Below, piece by piece: positions 1 to 18,320 of a DNA stretch of 64,000 bases. The notes under the pieces were generated by a model. That model searched no databases. It saw nothing but the letters and a program-made list of their open reading frames with translations, and was not told the DNA's origin. The number at the start of each line of letters is the position of its first letter. Position 1 is the first letter of the stretch. The stretch is from the NCBI RefSeq assembly GCF_009914755.1, contig NC_060948.1; one strand, 5' to 3'. Position numbers and translations under genes: made by a program. Origin of the DNA: the human T2T-CHM13v2.0 reference genome, Homo sapiens.

Positions 1-585
1 TATTACAGGAGCCCTAGGAAAATAATTCATTATATAATCTGCTAAGGTAGATATGATCATTGTCTCCAATTTCCATATGAAGAAACTATGCCTCAGGCAT
101 TGTGTCAGTTGTCCAAAATCATACATTCCTGACTCACTTCAATGAATTCTTCATTCAGCAAAACTTTTAAGGTACCTTAAAAAAATTATGTTAACTCTTA
201 GGTCCTTGCTATAAAGCTTCAATAGGGTTTTCCTTTGCAAAGAATAAAATCCTAATACTTAAGCATAGCTCTCTTTCCTGGCTATGTTTCTGATATCCTC
301 TTGTACCATGCTCCTCCTTAATCATTCTGAGTTTACATCTTAAGTCCTTTCCCCTTGCCATTCCCACTTCTTGGAATACTTTCCCATCAACTCTTCAAAG
401 AACTGGCTTCTTTAAGTATTTGCTCTCAGTTCAAATGTCACTTCCCTGTAAAATCTTCCTGGTCATCAAGCCTTCTTTACACACTGTATTTTATTTTTTC
501 ATGGTTCCTATAACCACCTAATATATTCTCAATTGATTAACTGTTTTGCTGACTACTGCCTTCCATAAGAATGGAAAGAAAATAT

Positions 586-822
586 GGCCAGGTGCAGTGG
601 CTCACACCTGTAATCCAACCACTTCAGGAGGCTGAGGCAACATGGCAAAACCTTCCCTTCAAAAAATTTTTTAAAAGTTAGCTGGATGTTGTGGAGGCAA
701 GAGGATCACTTGAGGATCACTTTAGTCCATGAGGTCAAGGCTGCAGTGAGTCATGTTTGCACCACTGCACTCTAGCCTAGGTGATAGAGCTAGTCCCTAT
801 CAAAAAAAAAAAAAAAAAAAAA
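586..822 (+). mobile_element. Old Alu (AluJ-like) with internal deletions
   Basis: GGCCAGGTGCAGTGGCTCACACCTGTAATCC head, CCACTGCACTCTAGCCT end and poly-A tail; shorter than 300 bp. Confidence 0.85.
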
Positions 823-1840
823 AGAATGGAGAGAATGCTACATGAGAGAAAGGATCTTATTTATCATGTTCACCTCTATCATGTTCACTTCCAAAGAGGT
901 GAACATATCCCCCAAAGCCTGATAGAGAGAAGAGGCTCATTAATATTTAATGCATGACCATGTGCAGACTTGGGAGGAAAAATATGTCTCAGCCTATCAA
1001 AATTGGATCCTTAATAAACAAGGGTGCTTCTCCATCATTTCCCCACAACACCAAACAAGTGTGGCTCACTGTGGATGTTTAAGCAAATGCATTGTTTTTC
1101 CAGTTATATATCTGGTAGAGATGAGGTCATTGATAGGAATGGGAAGATGATCTCCTTTTATTTTGATGACCCAGCATGGCTGAACACTCAGTGACTACCA
1201 CTGCACTTTGTTGTACTTTCAGCATTAGAGATGTCAGCCCTGTAGGATATAAAACAGGAACATCTAGTCCTCAATTATATTCAGAATTACTCAAGTCTTA
1301 GAAGAACCACTTGTCTTTTTTCAAGGAAGAGAAATGCTCAAGTGATGGGCTGAAGTGAAGGGAGGGAGTCACTCACTTAAACGGTTCCCTTAGGCTGTGT
1401 GGATGCAAACAGCATTAGACAATGACACTGACAGTGGGAAATGCACTGAAGATGATGAATGGCAAAGCCCTCCTTTTCTCCCCATCCACTTTAGATACTG
1501 ACAGCAAAGGGTTTGTCACAATGACAACTATACACTCCCAATATCACAGAAGAAGGAGGAATAAAAGGGTATATTATGAGTGACTGAAGTTTAGAATAAA
1601 TCAATAAATATTATGTCCCTCATCCATAGAAACCACAAAGGTCTAGTAATGCTAAGGATATAATAAGAAAATAATATGAATATTTGCTTCCCCTTCCTAG
1701 TGTAATAGAGTAAGTTACAAATGGCTTCAGGAAGGGGAGAGAGGAAGAAGAGTGGATGAGATATGTAAGAGTGCCTGAGGGTTAATTTTATGAAAGCTTT
1801 GGGAAGTTTTAAGAAAAAGAAAAGCTATGTTTCAAGGTAC

Positions 1841-1854
1841 ATGTGTGTATGCGT

Positions 1855-1891
<37 letters not shown>
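1841..1891. repeat. (TG)n/(TGCG)n microsatellite
   Basis: Seen directly. Confidence 0.95.
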
Positions 1892-2116
1892 AAAGACAGA
1901 AGAAAGAGGGAGACCTAAAAAGACTATGAGACACTAAGAGAAAAATTAAGGTAAAAAAGACACACATTAGAAAAACACAAATAGGGAGGAGGGAGGAGGT
2001 TAAGGCATTTTACTATGTGCTGTGAATGGAAACTACAAACCATTTGTGATATATGCAATATATATACATATATACACACATATACATATGTATTTAAATA
2101 TTTAAATTACATTTTC

Positions 2117-2290
2117 TCTTTTTTTAGAGATGTGGTTTCACTATGTCACTCTGCCCAGGATGCAGTACAGTGGTTGTTCACAGTCATGATCATAGCACAT
2201 TATAGCCTTGAACTCCTGGGCTCAAGCAATCCTCCTGTATTAGTCTCCCCAGTAGTTGGGATTACTAGCATATGCCACCATGTCCACCCT
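2117..2290 (-). mobile_element. Fossil Alu monomer (FAM/FRAM-like)
   Basis: Antisense monomer containing the 7SL-like segment CAGTGGTTGTTCACAG..GATCATAGC and GAACTCCTGGGCTCAAGCAATCCTCC. Confidence 0.65.
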
Positions 2291-2360
2291 TATGCTTTTT
2301 AAAGTGAAAAACCATACTAAGAATGAGGCCGCTCAACTTAATAATAAAAACATTTCTAAT

Positions 2361-3225
2361 GTAAAGAAATTTACAAAAGAAAAACAATCAACCCCATTAA
2401 AATTGGGCAAAGGGAATGAACAGACACTTTTCAAAAGAATACATGTATGCAGCCAACAAACACACACAAAAAAAGTTCAACATCACTGATCATTAGAGAA
2501 ATGCAAATCAAAAACATAATGAGATACCATCTCACACCAGTCAGAATGGCTATCATTAAAAAGTCAAAAAATAACAGATGCTATTGAGGCTATGGAGAAA
2601 AGGGAATGCTTATACACTGTTGGTGGGTGTGCATATCAGTTCAATCATTGTTCAAAGAATAGTGATTCCTCAAAGAGCTAAAAGCAGAGCTACCATTTGA
2701 CCCAGTAATCCCACTACTGGGTATATACCCAGATGAATATAAACCATTCTACCATAAAGACACATGCATACAAATGTTCATTGCAGCACTGTTCACAATA
2801 GCAAAAGTATAGGATCAACCTAAATATCCATCAATGACAGATTGGATAAAGAAAATGTGGTACTTATACACCATGGAATACTATGCCGCCATTAAAAAAT
2901 GATATAATGTCTTTTGCTGGAATATGGATGGATCTTCTATTATCCTTAGGAAACTAATGCAGGAACAGAAAACCAAATGCAGCATACTCTCAGTTATAAG
3001 TGGGAGCTAAATGATGAGAACTAATGAACACAAAGAATAAAACAGACACTAGGGTCTACTTGAGGGTGGAGGATGAGAAAAGGAAGAGAAGCAGAAAAGA
3101 TAACTATTGGGTACTAGGTTTAATACCTGGATGATGAAATAATCTGTACAATAATCCCCTGTGACACCAGTTTACCTATGTAACAAATGCCCCTAAACTT
3201 AAAATAAAAGTTAAAAAAAAGAAAA
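2361..3225 (+). mobile_element. 5'-truncated older L1PA 3' fragment (ORF2 end plus 3'UTR)
   Basis: L1 ORF2 C-terminal motifs (ATGCAAATCAAAA..CATCTCACACCAGTCAGAATGGC, CCATTTGACCCAG); 3'UTR ending CCCTAAACTTAAAATAAAAG. Confidence 0.85.
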
Positions 3226-3355
3226 TTAAAATCTCCTTATCATCTACCTGGTAATATGAAAAACACATATCTTTCATTCATTCCTTTCAATTGATGAGGA
3301 AACTGAGGTATCGGGAGTTAGTAAAAGTCCACATTGAGATATGAGACCCACCACT

Positions 3356-3753
<398 letters not shown>

Positions 3754-5976
3754 CTAATTGTAATAGCTTTGTATTTGAAAAATTATTGATTCATACTCTA
3801 TATGTTATTATTTTGTATGCGATGACGACAGAACATATTATCATGCTCCTTTTGTGAATCTCATTCATAATATAAAGTAAATATTTGTTATTTTGTTTTA
3901 ATTTGAAATATTAATTTCAAATATGTTATCAAAATTTGATACAAACTATTGACAATAAATCTGTGGATTAAGTAATGTCTTAGTAGGTATTGGGAATATT
4001 TGAAACAAGTAACACGGAGGACTATTGTTATTGTTTATTTCAAAGCCAGTTAAAATTCTGCAAAGCAGTGTAAACAAAAATAATTTCAAGAAATTTATAA
4101 AATACCGAGATTATGGTGTATAAACAACTTTAGATTCTTTGTTTAAGAAGTTCTGCCAGTTTGTAATATATGCTTCATTCAAAGTAGCTAAGGGCTGTAC
4201 CTGGCTAATAGTAGGCACCTAATATTTGTTGAAAAGGAATACTGAGTAGCTGGGACCTCCTGAGTATCTGGGACCACACACATTTAACCTGTATATATAA
4301 AATTACTGTTTAGAGAAAACATTTGATGGAATCATGCTTTTACTTTCTGCTTATAACTCAATTGTTTGTACTGACATTAACATCCCAAATCCTTAGCATG
4401 GCCTACAAGGCCCTGAGCAATGTGGCACCTGCTGAAGCCTGCTGCCTCATTTAATAACTCTTTGTCTCTTTCCCAGATCCAGCCACTCTAACATTTTTTA
4501 GTTCCTGGACCAAGACAAGCTCTTCCCAGAACCTGATCTTTGTACTTGTTCTTTATTCCTGGAATATTTTTCCCCTGACAAATTACTTATCATCTATCAT
4601 AAATCAGGTTAAATGGCACTAACTCAGGGAAGGCTTCCCTAACTGCCTCCCTTCTCCAACCAAATTAGGAACAATTATATGGCCACATAGTATCGAATCA
4701 AGTTTATAATTTTAAAATAATTGGGAGATTTTGTTGTTTAACACTTGTTTTCACTATAAGACTGTACTTACATGCAAGTAAGAACCATGCCTGTTTGTTC
4801 ACTCCTGCCACAGTCAGAATAGTGCCTGGAATATGCAGTAAGGGCTGAACAAACACTAAATAAATGAACAAGTGAATAAATGGATATTGTCTCATTTTTA
4901 GAACAGAGTACTAAATGGATCATGAACACTATCTGGTATGTCATGTAGGTAATTTACAAGGGATACAATTTCAGCTCAGATTTACCTTTTCCTGGATACA
5001 GGTCTTGATAGGTCTCTTGATGTCATTTCACTTCAGATTCTTCTTTAGAAAACTTGGACAATAGCATTTGCTGTCTTGTCCAAATTGTTACTAAGAATCA
5101 AGAGAGATATCTGACATGAAATGACATTGGAAAACATTAAACACGATTGAAATAATGCTAGCCAATATGGTTATTATTAGAAACCAATTACATTTTCAAC
5201 TTAAAAATAGTAATACTTATTGCAGACTCAAATGTGCTTATTCTAAAACAAGTAAATGTTTGCCTATGGTCTGAGGTTCTAATCCACGGAGTTCATTCTA
5301 ATCCACATTCAACACTATCATGTACCAGTGGGCCTCATAACCCACCTAGTCCTGTGATTTTTCAGGTTCACTTTTCTAAACTTGTGAATTAAATATGTAT
5401 TTTCTTAGTTAAGAAAAGGAAAAAAACTCTTGTAATTGTTGTCCATTTCAGGAGAAATCTTGCATATGAAAACAAGAGATAAATATACACAACTGAGGGC
5501 TGTGGTTTAAACAAAATCTTCAGAATGTTTTTTGACCTTATACATTTGTGCTTTAGTATAACAAAATGATATAGACAAAGGTAACTTTTAATAGAACCAG
5601 TCACTAAATTAAAAAAATGACAAATTCTTCTGCTTAGCTAAGCAACAGAGAAGGTAAAATACTAATTCAATTCATCAATTTAAGCAATACTCATTAAGAG
5701 CCAAGTATGTGCTTACTGAATAAGCTGCTAAGGTTTGGTGGTTACAGAGTGTGTGGTGAAATGATGTCTACATCACAGTCCAACATTCACAGAGTTTAAA
5801 AGCCTACCAAGAATCAAGACAAGACAGTCAATACCTAAAATAGACATTTGTATGTGATTAGAGAGCCAGAGTACAATTTAGGAGAAGAAATTGTATGGAA
5901 GGAAGGTTCATTTCCATTAGACCAGAAAATACAGCACATTTGAAGGCCTGAATAAGAAATATTCTGGATAAGATAT

Positions 5977-6410
5977 TGTGGCTGCTACCAGAATGGCTCT
6001 TGATGATCTCTACCTCTTGGTATTTATACCCTTATATAATCTCTTTCCTATAGTATAAGCTGGTCCCAGGTACTTGTTTCTATTGAATACAATAGAACAA
6101 AAGTAATGAGATACCACTTCTGAGATTAGATTACAAGATACTGTGAATTTCATCTTGTGCCCTCTCCCTCTCTCTCTTTCTCTTGCCCTCTCATTTGAAT
6201 GAAGCCAACTGGCATGCTGTCAGTGGCCCAGTGTAAGTCCTGTTACAAGAAATTGATGATTGCCTGTAGCCAACCCTAAGTGAAGAACTGAGGTCCTCAA
6301 CCCTACAAATGGAGAGAAACTGAATCTAGCTAAGAACCATGTGAGTGAGCTGGGAAGAAGATCCACCCTCAGTCGAAATTTAAGATGACCATAGCATCAG
6401 CAGACATATT
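5977..6410 (+). mobile_element. MaLR LTR (MLT1-like), degraded
   Basis: TGTGG start; MLT1-type motifs CACTTCTGAGATTAGATTACAA and AACCATGTGAGTGAGCTGGGAAG. Confidence 0.6.
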
Positions 6411-7869
6411 GAGACACACTGAAAGTAAGAGAGCAGGAGGAAACAAAACCAGGGTCATACAAAGAACACAACTGATTTTGAGATTCTCACATAAGTATTA
6501 CACCTTCAGTGAGCACGTGTACTAGAAATTAAAAAAATAAATAAAATAAACCTGCAAAGAGAGCTAGCAAATAAATTTCCCTATGGTCTCAGCTCTGAGT
6601 GCAGAGAGAAAATGTTCCCTGTAGAGTTTATAGCCAGAATCCAGCTCTCAAACAGGTTTCAGCCTGAACTCACACAATCTGTGTGGCTTCCAAATTGGCA
6701 AGCTGAGAATTTAATTCAAAGTGGTCTCAGGTTGATAGCAGTCCAAAATGCCAGGTAGGAAAAAAAATCCTCTCTGGACAAATAAATCATCAAAGCAAGC
6801 TCATAAGAGCAGGTTTCAAAGGTCATGAGCTTCTAACACACACACAAAAATCACACACACAAAATGGGGGTAGCAGCAACATGGGTAGCATATTCACACT
6901 TGAAAAGACTTTAAATATTTGTATTATTAGATGTAGATTATGAAACATATTTTAATGTGGTTAATTTTTTTAAGGAATCAAAACTATGAGTAAAGACCAA
7001 GAAAATTGTGCTGGATAGCCACTTCCACCATGGCTCCCCTCCTATTTAAGCCTGGGTACTGTGTCACCCGAAGTCTTCAGGCACATTGTTCCAGGTTTGG
7101 GTTTGCCTATGAAAGAAATTCATGAGAGCTGGAAGTGAGGAGTGAAGAGGAGGTCTTCACATAAAGCAGGCTTAAGGATTAGACATAGCAGGTTTGACAG
7201 ATGTGATGGCTTGCAGAATTCTTTATGAGCTCCCACTGTCCATCTGGATAAGATTTACAGACCTTTCAGAAATTCCTATAAGCTTGGGTTCTGTGCCCAC
7301 ACTCTAGACTGTCAGGCTAAGATCTCTCATATAAAACAGACCTCTTCTGATTTTGTCTAACTGCTTTTCTAATATCTTTTCACCAAGCTCTTCCAATAAT
7401 AGCATAAGGCCCTAATTAATATTAAACTTTTATCATTATAATACATAGGATGTCTTCTGTTTTCCTGATCAAATTCTGACTACTATTAAAATATAAAGAA
7501 TTGTCCAGAAATATATAAAAAAGAATCACACATTGATCTTCTTTAAATGAAAATATAACAATTGTATGGACTAGGATGATTACAGTTGTTCAGTTCTGAC
7601 TGTTATTTGAAGAAAAAAGCAATAAGAAGCCTCAGCAACTTAACAGAAGGAGCTGCCATTTACTAGGAGAAAAGATTGTGGATGAGAGTGTAGCAAACAA
7701 AGGTCAGAATTCTGTGAAGCTTGAGATGTCAATTATAATGAATTATCTTTTATACTCACTACAATTTCCTAACAATTTTGGGGTTTATATTTTTGAAAGA
7801 GACATACCTTTAATTTTCTTTCTTTGTACTATTGTTAGGTAACTTTAATGTGCAAATTATACTACAGTG

Positions 7870-8377
7870 AAAGTTGCCAATGACAAGGCAAAGTCACTTA
7901 CATCAGACCCAAAGCAAAGTGGAGCCGGGTCATGAAAAAGGGGATCTGTGTGTGTGTCCACAATAAGCACTATCACAAGGACTTTCTATAAACTCACAAG
8001 AAATTTCTGCCCGCCCAGCACACTCTGTTTGTCCAGCTCATCCTGTAGGTGTCTCTATAATAGGACCTTTCATAAAAAATTCCTCAAGACTGTAGCATTT
8101 CAGATAAGCCACCCTCACAAGAACACTTGCCTAGCAATGGCTGTTTCTGCCAGTAAGTTAACACCAGCTCCTGCTTCAGGCCCTGTGACCAATGATGTTT
8201 GTTTCAAAACAGCTTGCATAGACTTCTTTTTGTCTTTAAATATTTTCCTTACCTCAACCTCTTGGGATGCACCTATGATTGATCATAGCACAAATATCTC
8301 AGATTATAATCCTTGTTTATTTCCAAATAAATTTATTTCTTTGGAGATCCACTTTTTCTGTTATTATACATTGACAT
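7870..8377 (+). mobile_element. Old ERV1-class solo LTR (MER34/MER89-like)
   Basis: LTR-like layout with ACCAAT box, AATAAA and terminal TTGACA; family assignment tentative. Confidence 0.4.
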
Positions 8378-8619
8378 TGTTATCATGAAATTGGTTGGGT
8401 GATGTGTCTTATTTTCTTGTCTCCAGAAGAATTTCTGTAACAGTGCAATTAAACGTTCTTTGCATGTTTGCTAGAACTCACCTGTAAAATTGTCTGAGCA
8501 ACCAAAGCCTGGTTTTTGTGTTCAGTTTTTCTTTTGTGATTGGGGAGGGGGGTTTATCATACTGATTCAAGGTGTGAAGGTAACATCATTTTGATTTTAT
8601 ACATCTTCTTCAGTCCATT

Positions 8620-9320
8620 TAAGCATGTTACATAGCGTTGTTTGTTCTTTTCATGATATTCTTTACAGTAGCCTCCTAAATGTTCCCTCTGCTTCTGCCA
8701 TGAGCCCCTACAATCTATTTCAATTCAGAAGCTATAGAGTTTGTTTAAAACATGTAACATATTATGCCACCTTTCTTACTGTAAAACATCCCATGGTTTC
8801 TCGTAGTATTTATGGTAAGTGAAATTTTTATGATGGCTTGAGAAACTTTTCCCATTAGATGCCCAAGTGCTGGTCTGGTCTGATCTTCTCATCTTCCCTT
8901 GGGTGATTCTGTGGCAGTCACACTAGCCTCCTTGCTACTGCACAAAAACTCCAGCATGATCTTACTTCAGGATATTTGCCATTGTTACTGCATCTGCCTG
9001 GAACCTTTTCTCCCATATAAACATAGAGATTGCTCTTGCCTGTCCTTCAAGTCTATTCTTAAATGTCCCATTCTCTGCGAAGCTTTCCTGTCCACACTAT
9101 TTAAATTACAGACTTCACTCCCAATTCCCCATCTACTTTAAGAGTCCTCATTTATCATTCCTTGACAAACTGTAAATATACATGTTCACTTTTTTATCAT
9201 CTGTCTCCAAATACTGGAATGTTAAGTTCTGTAATGTCAGATATTTCTGTTTGGTTCACTGGTGTATTCTTAAAGCATGTTACATACTAGGTATACTCAA
9301 TGAATATTTGTTGAATACAT
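8620..9320 (+). mobile_element. L2 3' fragment
   Basis: Typical L2 3' end (GGTATACTCAATGAATATTTGTTGAAT). Confidence 0.55.
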
Positions 9321-11041
9321 ATCACATTGGGCTTATTCCAGAAATTCAAGCTTGTTTCAATAGTTAGAGCAATCTACAAATGTAATTCATTACATTAACT
9401 AATTAAAGGAGCTAAATCACATCACCACCACAATAATGCAGAAAAACACATTTGATACAACTCAATATTCATGCCTGCCTAACAAACATCTCATGATACT
9501 AAGAAAAGAGGAAGGGATATATTATTTTCATGTATAAAACACTAACCATTGTAGCATGCCAATATATTCAAAATTCAATGAAATTCCTATCAAAATCTTA
9601 GCATTCCTCTTAGTCCTCAACAAAGCATTTCTAAAATGTGTATAGAAGACCAAAGGGCCAAAAGAGTCAACTTCTGAAGAAGTGGAAAAAGAAAGTTGAG
9701 GAAATCTTAAAACATGTTATTGAGCTTAAAGGTGCAAAAATAAATGCATGTACCATAATTCATGAGTAGAAAAATAGACTAGTGGAATAACATAAAAATA
9801 AAAACAATGCTTACATAAAATGTTGTAACTGATTTGGATGTCATTAGAAATCAGTAAGTAAATAGATGGACAATGTAATGAAAGATGCTAGGCAAATAAT
9901 GTGGTAGGGAGAATAATGGCCCTCAGAGATGCCCATGCCTAACCCTGGAAGCTGTGAATATGTTACACTGAATGCAATAAAGGCTTATCAGATGTGATTA
10001 AGGATGCAAACCGAGATGGAGAGATCTTCCTGGGTTATCCAGATGGGCCCAGTCTAATCACATGAGTTCTTAAAAATGGAGAACCTTTCTTAGCTGAGTC
10101 CAGAGAGAGATGTGACAATGAAAGAATGGTCAGAGAGGAGGAGGAGCCAAGATGGCCGAATAGGAACAGCTCCGGTCTACAGCTCCCAGCATGAGCGACA
10201 CAGAAGACGGGTGATTTCTGCATTTCCATCACAGGTAGCGGGTTCATCTCACTAGGGAGTGCCAGAGAGTGGGCGTATGCCAGTGGGTGCACCCACTGTG
10301 CGTGAGCTGAAGCAGGGCGAGGCATTGCCTCACTTGGGAAGCACAAGGGGTCAGGGAGATCCCTTTCCGAGTCAAAGAAAGGGTTGACGGACGCACCTGG
10401 AAAATCAGGTCACTCCCACCCAAATATTGCGCTTTTTGGTAAGGCTTAAAAAACGGCCCACCATGAGATTATATCCCACACCTGGCTGGGAGGGTCCTAT
10501 GCCCATGAAGTCTCACTGATTGCTAGCACAGCAGTTTGAGATCAAACGGCAAGTTGGCAGCGAGGCTGGGGGAGGGACGCCCACCATTGTCCAGGCTTGC
10601 TTAGGTAAACAAAGCATCCAGGAAGCTCCAACTGGGTGGAGTCCACCACAGCTCAAGAAGGCCTGCCTGCCTCTGTAGGCTCCACCTCTGGGGGCAGGGC
10701 ACAGACAAACAAAAAGACAGCAGTAACCTCTGCAGACTTAAACGTCCCTGTCTGACAGCTTTGAAGAGAGCAGTGGTTCTCCCAGCACGCAGCTGGAGAT
10801 CTGAGAATGGGCAGACTGCCTCCTCAAGTGGGTCCCTGACCCCTGACCCCCGAGCAGCCTAACTGGGAGGCACCCCCCAGCAGGGGCACACTGACACCTC
10901 ACACGGCAGGGTATTCCAACAGACCTGCAGCTGAGGGTCCTGTCTGTTAGAAGGAAAACTAACAAACAGGAAGGACATCCACACCAAAAACACATCTGTA
11001 CATCACTATCATCAAAGACCAAAGTAGATAAAACCACAAAG

Positions 11042-12057
11042 ATTGGGAAAAAGCAGAACAGAAAAACTGGAAACTCTAAAACGCAGAGTGCCTCTCCTCC
11101 TCCAAAGGAACACAGTTCCTCACCAGCAACAGAATAAAGCTGGATGGAGAATGACTTTGACGAGCTGAGAGAAGAAGGCTTCAGACAATCAAATTACTCT
11201 GAGCTATGGGAGGACATTCAAACCAAAGGCAAAGAAGTTGAAAACTTTGAAAAAAATTTAGAAGAATGTATAACTGGAATAACCAATACAGAGAAGTGCT
11301 TAAAGGAGCGGATGAAGCTGAAAACCAAGGCTCCAGAACTACGTGAAGAATGCAGAAGCCTCAGGAGCTGATGCGATCAACTGGAAGAAAGGGTATCAGC
11401 AATGGAAGATGAAATGAATGAAATGAAGTGAGAAGGGAAGTTTAGAGAAAAAAGAATAAAAAGAAATGAGCAAAGCCTCCAAGAAATATGGAACTATGTG
11501 AAAAGATCAAATCTACATCTGATTGGTGTACCTGAAAGTGATGGGGAGAATGGAACCAAGTTGGAAAACACTCTGCAGGATATTATCCAGGAGAACTTCC
11601 CCAATCTAGCAAGGCAGGCCAACGTTCAGATTCAGGAAATACAGAGAACACCACAAAGACACTCCTTGAGAAGAGCAACTCCAAGACACATAATTGTCAG
11701 ATTCACCAAAGTTGAAATGAAGGAAAAAATGTTAAGGGCAGCCAGAGAGAAAGGTCAGGTTACCCTCAAAGGGAAGCCCATCAGACTAACAGCAGATCTC
11801 TCAGCAGAAACCTTACAAGCCAGAAGAGAGTGGGGGCCAATATTCAACATTCTTAAAGAAAGAATTTTCAACCCAGAATTTCATATCCAGCCAAACTAAG
11901 CTTCATAAGTGAAGGAGAAATAAAATACTTTACAGACAAGCAAATGCTGAGAGATTTTGTCACCACCAGGCCTGCCCTAAAAGAGCTCCCGAAGGAAGCG
12001 CTAAACATGGAAAGGCAGAACCAGTACCAGCCGCTGCAAAATCATGCCCAAATATAA
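11042..12057 (+). pseudogene. L1 ORF1p, disrupted
   Basis: Start codon reads ATT; fragments ENDFDELREEGFR.. and ..PRHIIVRFTKVEMKEKMLRAAREKG separated by stops and frameshifts. Confidence 0.92.
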
Positions 12058-12120
12058 AGACCATCGAGACTAGGAAGAAACTGCATCAACTAACGAGCAA
12101 AATCACCAGCTAACATCATA

Positions 12121-15946
<3,826 letters not shown>

Positions 15947-16153
15947 ACAATGAGATCACATGGACACAGGAAGGGGAATATCACAGTCTGGGAACGGTGG
16001 AGGGGTGGGGGCAGCGGGGAGGGATAGCATTGGGAGATATACCTAATGCTAGATGACGAGTTAGTGGGTGCAGCGCACCAGCATGGCACATGTATGCATA
16101 TGTAACTAACCTGCACAATGTGCACATGTACCCTAAAACTTAAAGTATAATGA

Positions 16154-16198
<45 letters not shown>

Positions 16199-17939
16199 AA
16201 AAGAATGGTCAGAGAAATGTGACATTGCCAGCTTTAAAAAGAGAGAGGAGAGGCAATGAGAAAGGGAATGCTGATGTTCTCTAGAAGATAGAAAAGGACA
16301 GGATATGGATTCTACCCTAGCCGCCATAAAGAAACATGCCTGTCGACAACTTGATTTTAGTTCACTAAAATGCATGCCTGATTTCTGACTTGTGTACACT
16401 GTAAGATGATAAGTTTGTGTTATTTTAGGTCACTTAGTTTGTAGAAATTTGTTACAGCAGTAATAGAACAAGTGGTTATCCATATGAGGCAAATTAGATT
16501 GGATAACTGTCTCCAATAGAAATCAATTCAAGGTGAATTCCAGGAAAATACTTAAAACATTTAGATTAAAAATAAATGAGAATTTTTGTTACTTTTGGTA
16601 GGTCATAGAACCAAGAAAAACAAACATTAAGGAGGAAAAATGAACATATGACTACATCAAAATATAAAGCTTCTCTATTTGGATGATATCATAAGGTGAC
16701 AAATCATAAACTGTAATATTTGCAACATATATATGAGTGAATAAATATACATTTAGAATATATATGAACTCCCAAAAATCAACAGGAAAAATAAGACATA
16801 GAACAAGCAAAATGCATAAACAAAAGAAGGCAAAACAAAAATTATGACTCATAATTATATGAAAAGAAGCTCATCTTCATAGATGAGCAGATAAATGCAA
16901 ATTAAAACCACCCTGAGATGCTTTTTACATCCATGAGCCTGATAAAAGTTAGAGTCTAAAAGTAATATTTAACAAAGATGGGAAGTAACAGAAAATCTTG
17001 TCCATTACTGGTTAAAGTATAAACTGATACAGCTAATTTATAGAATATTGCATTATAGAATAAAGTTGTGAGTATGTATACGCAGTGACTCAGCATCTTC
17101 ATTGCTAATATGTACTCAAGAGAAACTTACAGGAGTGGACTAGGAAGTAAATACAAAATGATTACAACATTGTTTGTTATATCAAAAAATAAAAAAGACA
17201 CCCAATTTACCAGCAAAAAAAAAATAAGTAAAAATAAATCCTGGTGTATTCTAACAATGGAATAGTATATAGCCATTAAAATAAATCAACTATTACTGTA
17301 CATATGAATGTAAGTATCAGCAAAACATATTGTTTAGTGAAAAAGTAAGAAGCTGAAGAAGAATATATACAATATGGTTACATTTATATGAAGTCCAAAA
17401 ACTTGCAAAATAAAGAAATGTATTTAGAAATAGATTCACATGTGAGAAAACTAGAAGAAAATTAATGAAAGGATAAAAGGGATAGCAGTAATTCTGAGTA
17501 GTTGAGGGGATTTCAATTGGAAAAAAATAGTATCATATTCTTTAAGTCAGGTAGTGGGTATTAGCATTTGTTTTACCATCGTTCTTTATTCTTATAGCTA
17601 CATTATGTATTTTCTATGTATTTAATGTATTTTTTGCATAATTAAATATTATGCAATAAAAATGAGAAAACAAAAAAGTAGAAAATGATAAATAACATAC
17701 AATAAAGAAATGGAGAAAAAATTATAATCTAGTTGAGTAATGGTATATTACATAGCTATTTTCTTAAGTAGATGTATGTACATGATGTATGCATGATTGT
17801 ACATACATGTTCTTAATTATATATAAATATATATGTACATATTTTTAATATAAAATACTAAACAAAGTACACCAAAATATTAGCTCCTATGTTAGTGAGA
17901 TAATGTTTTTTTTTTGTATTTTAAGTTTTACATAGTAGG

Positions 17940-18320
17940 TGTATTTGTCTGTTTTCATACTGCTATAAAGAACTGCCCAAGACTGGGTAATTTATAAAGG
18001 AAAGAAGTTTAATTGGCTCACAGTTCAGTACAGCTTGGGAGGCCTCAGGAAATCCACAATCATGGCGGAAGACAAAGAGGAAGCAAGGTAGCTTCTTTGC
18101 AAGGCAGCATGAAGAAGTGCTGAGCAAAGGGGAAAGAATCCCTTATAAAATCATCAAATCTCGTGAGAACTCACTATCACAAGAACAGCACAGGGGAAAC
18201 TGCCCCCATGATTCAATTACCTCCACCTGGTCTCTCCCTTGACATGTGGGGATTATGGGGGCTATGGGGATTACAATTCAAGATGAGATTCAGGTGGGGA
18301 TACAAAGCCTAACCATATCA
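17940..18320 (-). mobile_element. MSTA-like MaLR solo LTR
   Basis: TGTAT..AACCATATCA termini; perfect 5-bp TSD GTAGG at 17935-17939 and 18321-18325. Confidence 0.88.

Noticed and set aside
10513-10587. L1 antisense ORF0
   Set aside because: ATG is present (MVGVPPPASL..) but codon 25 is TGA
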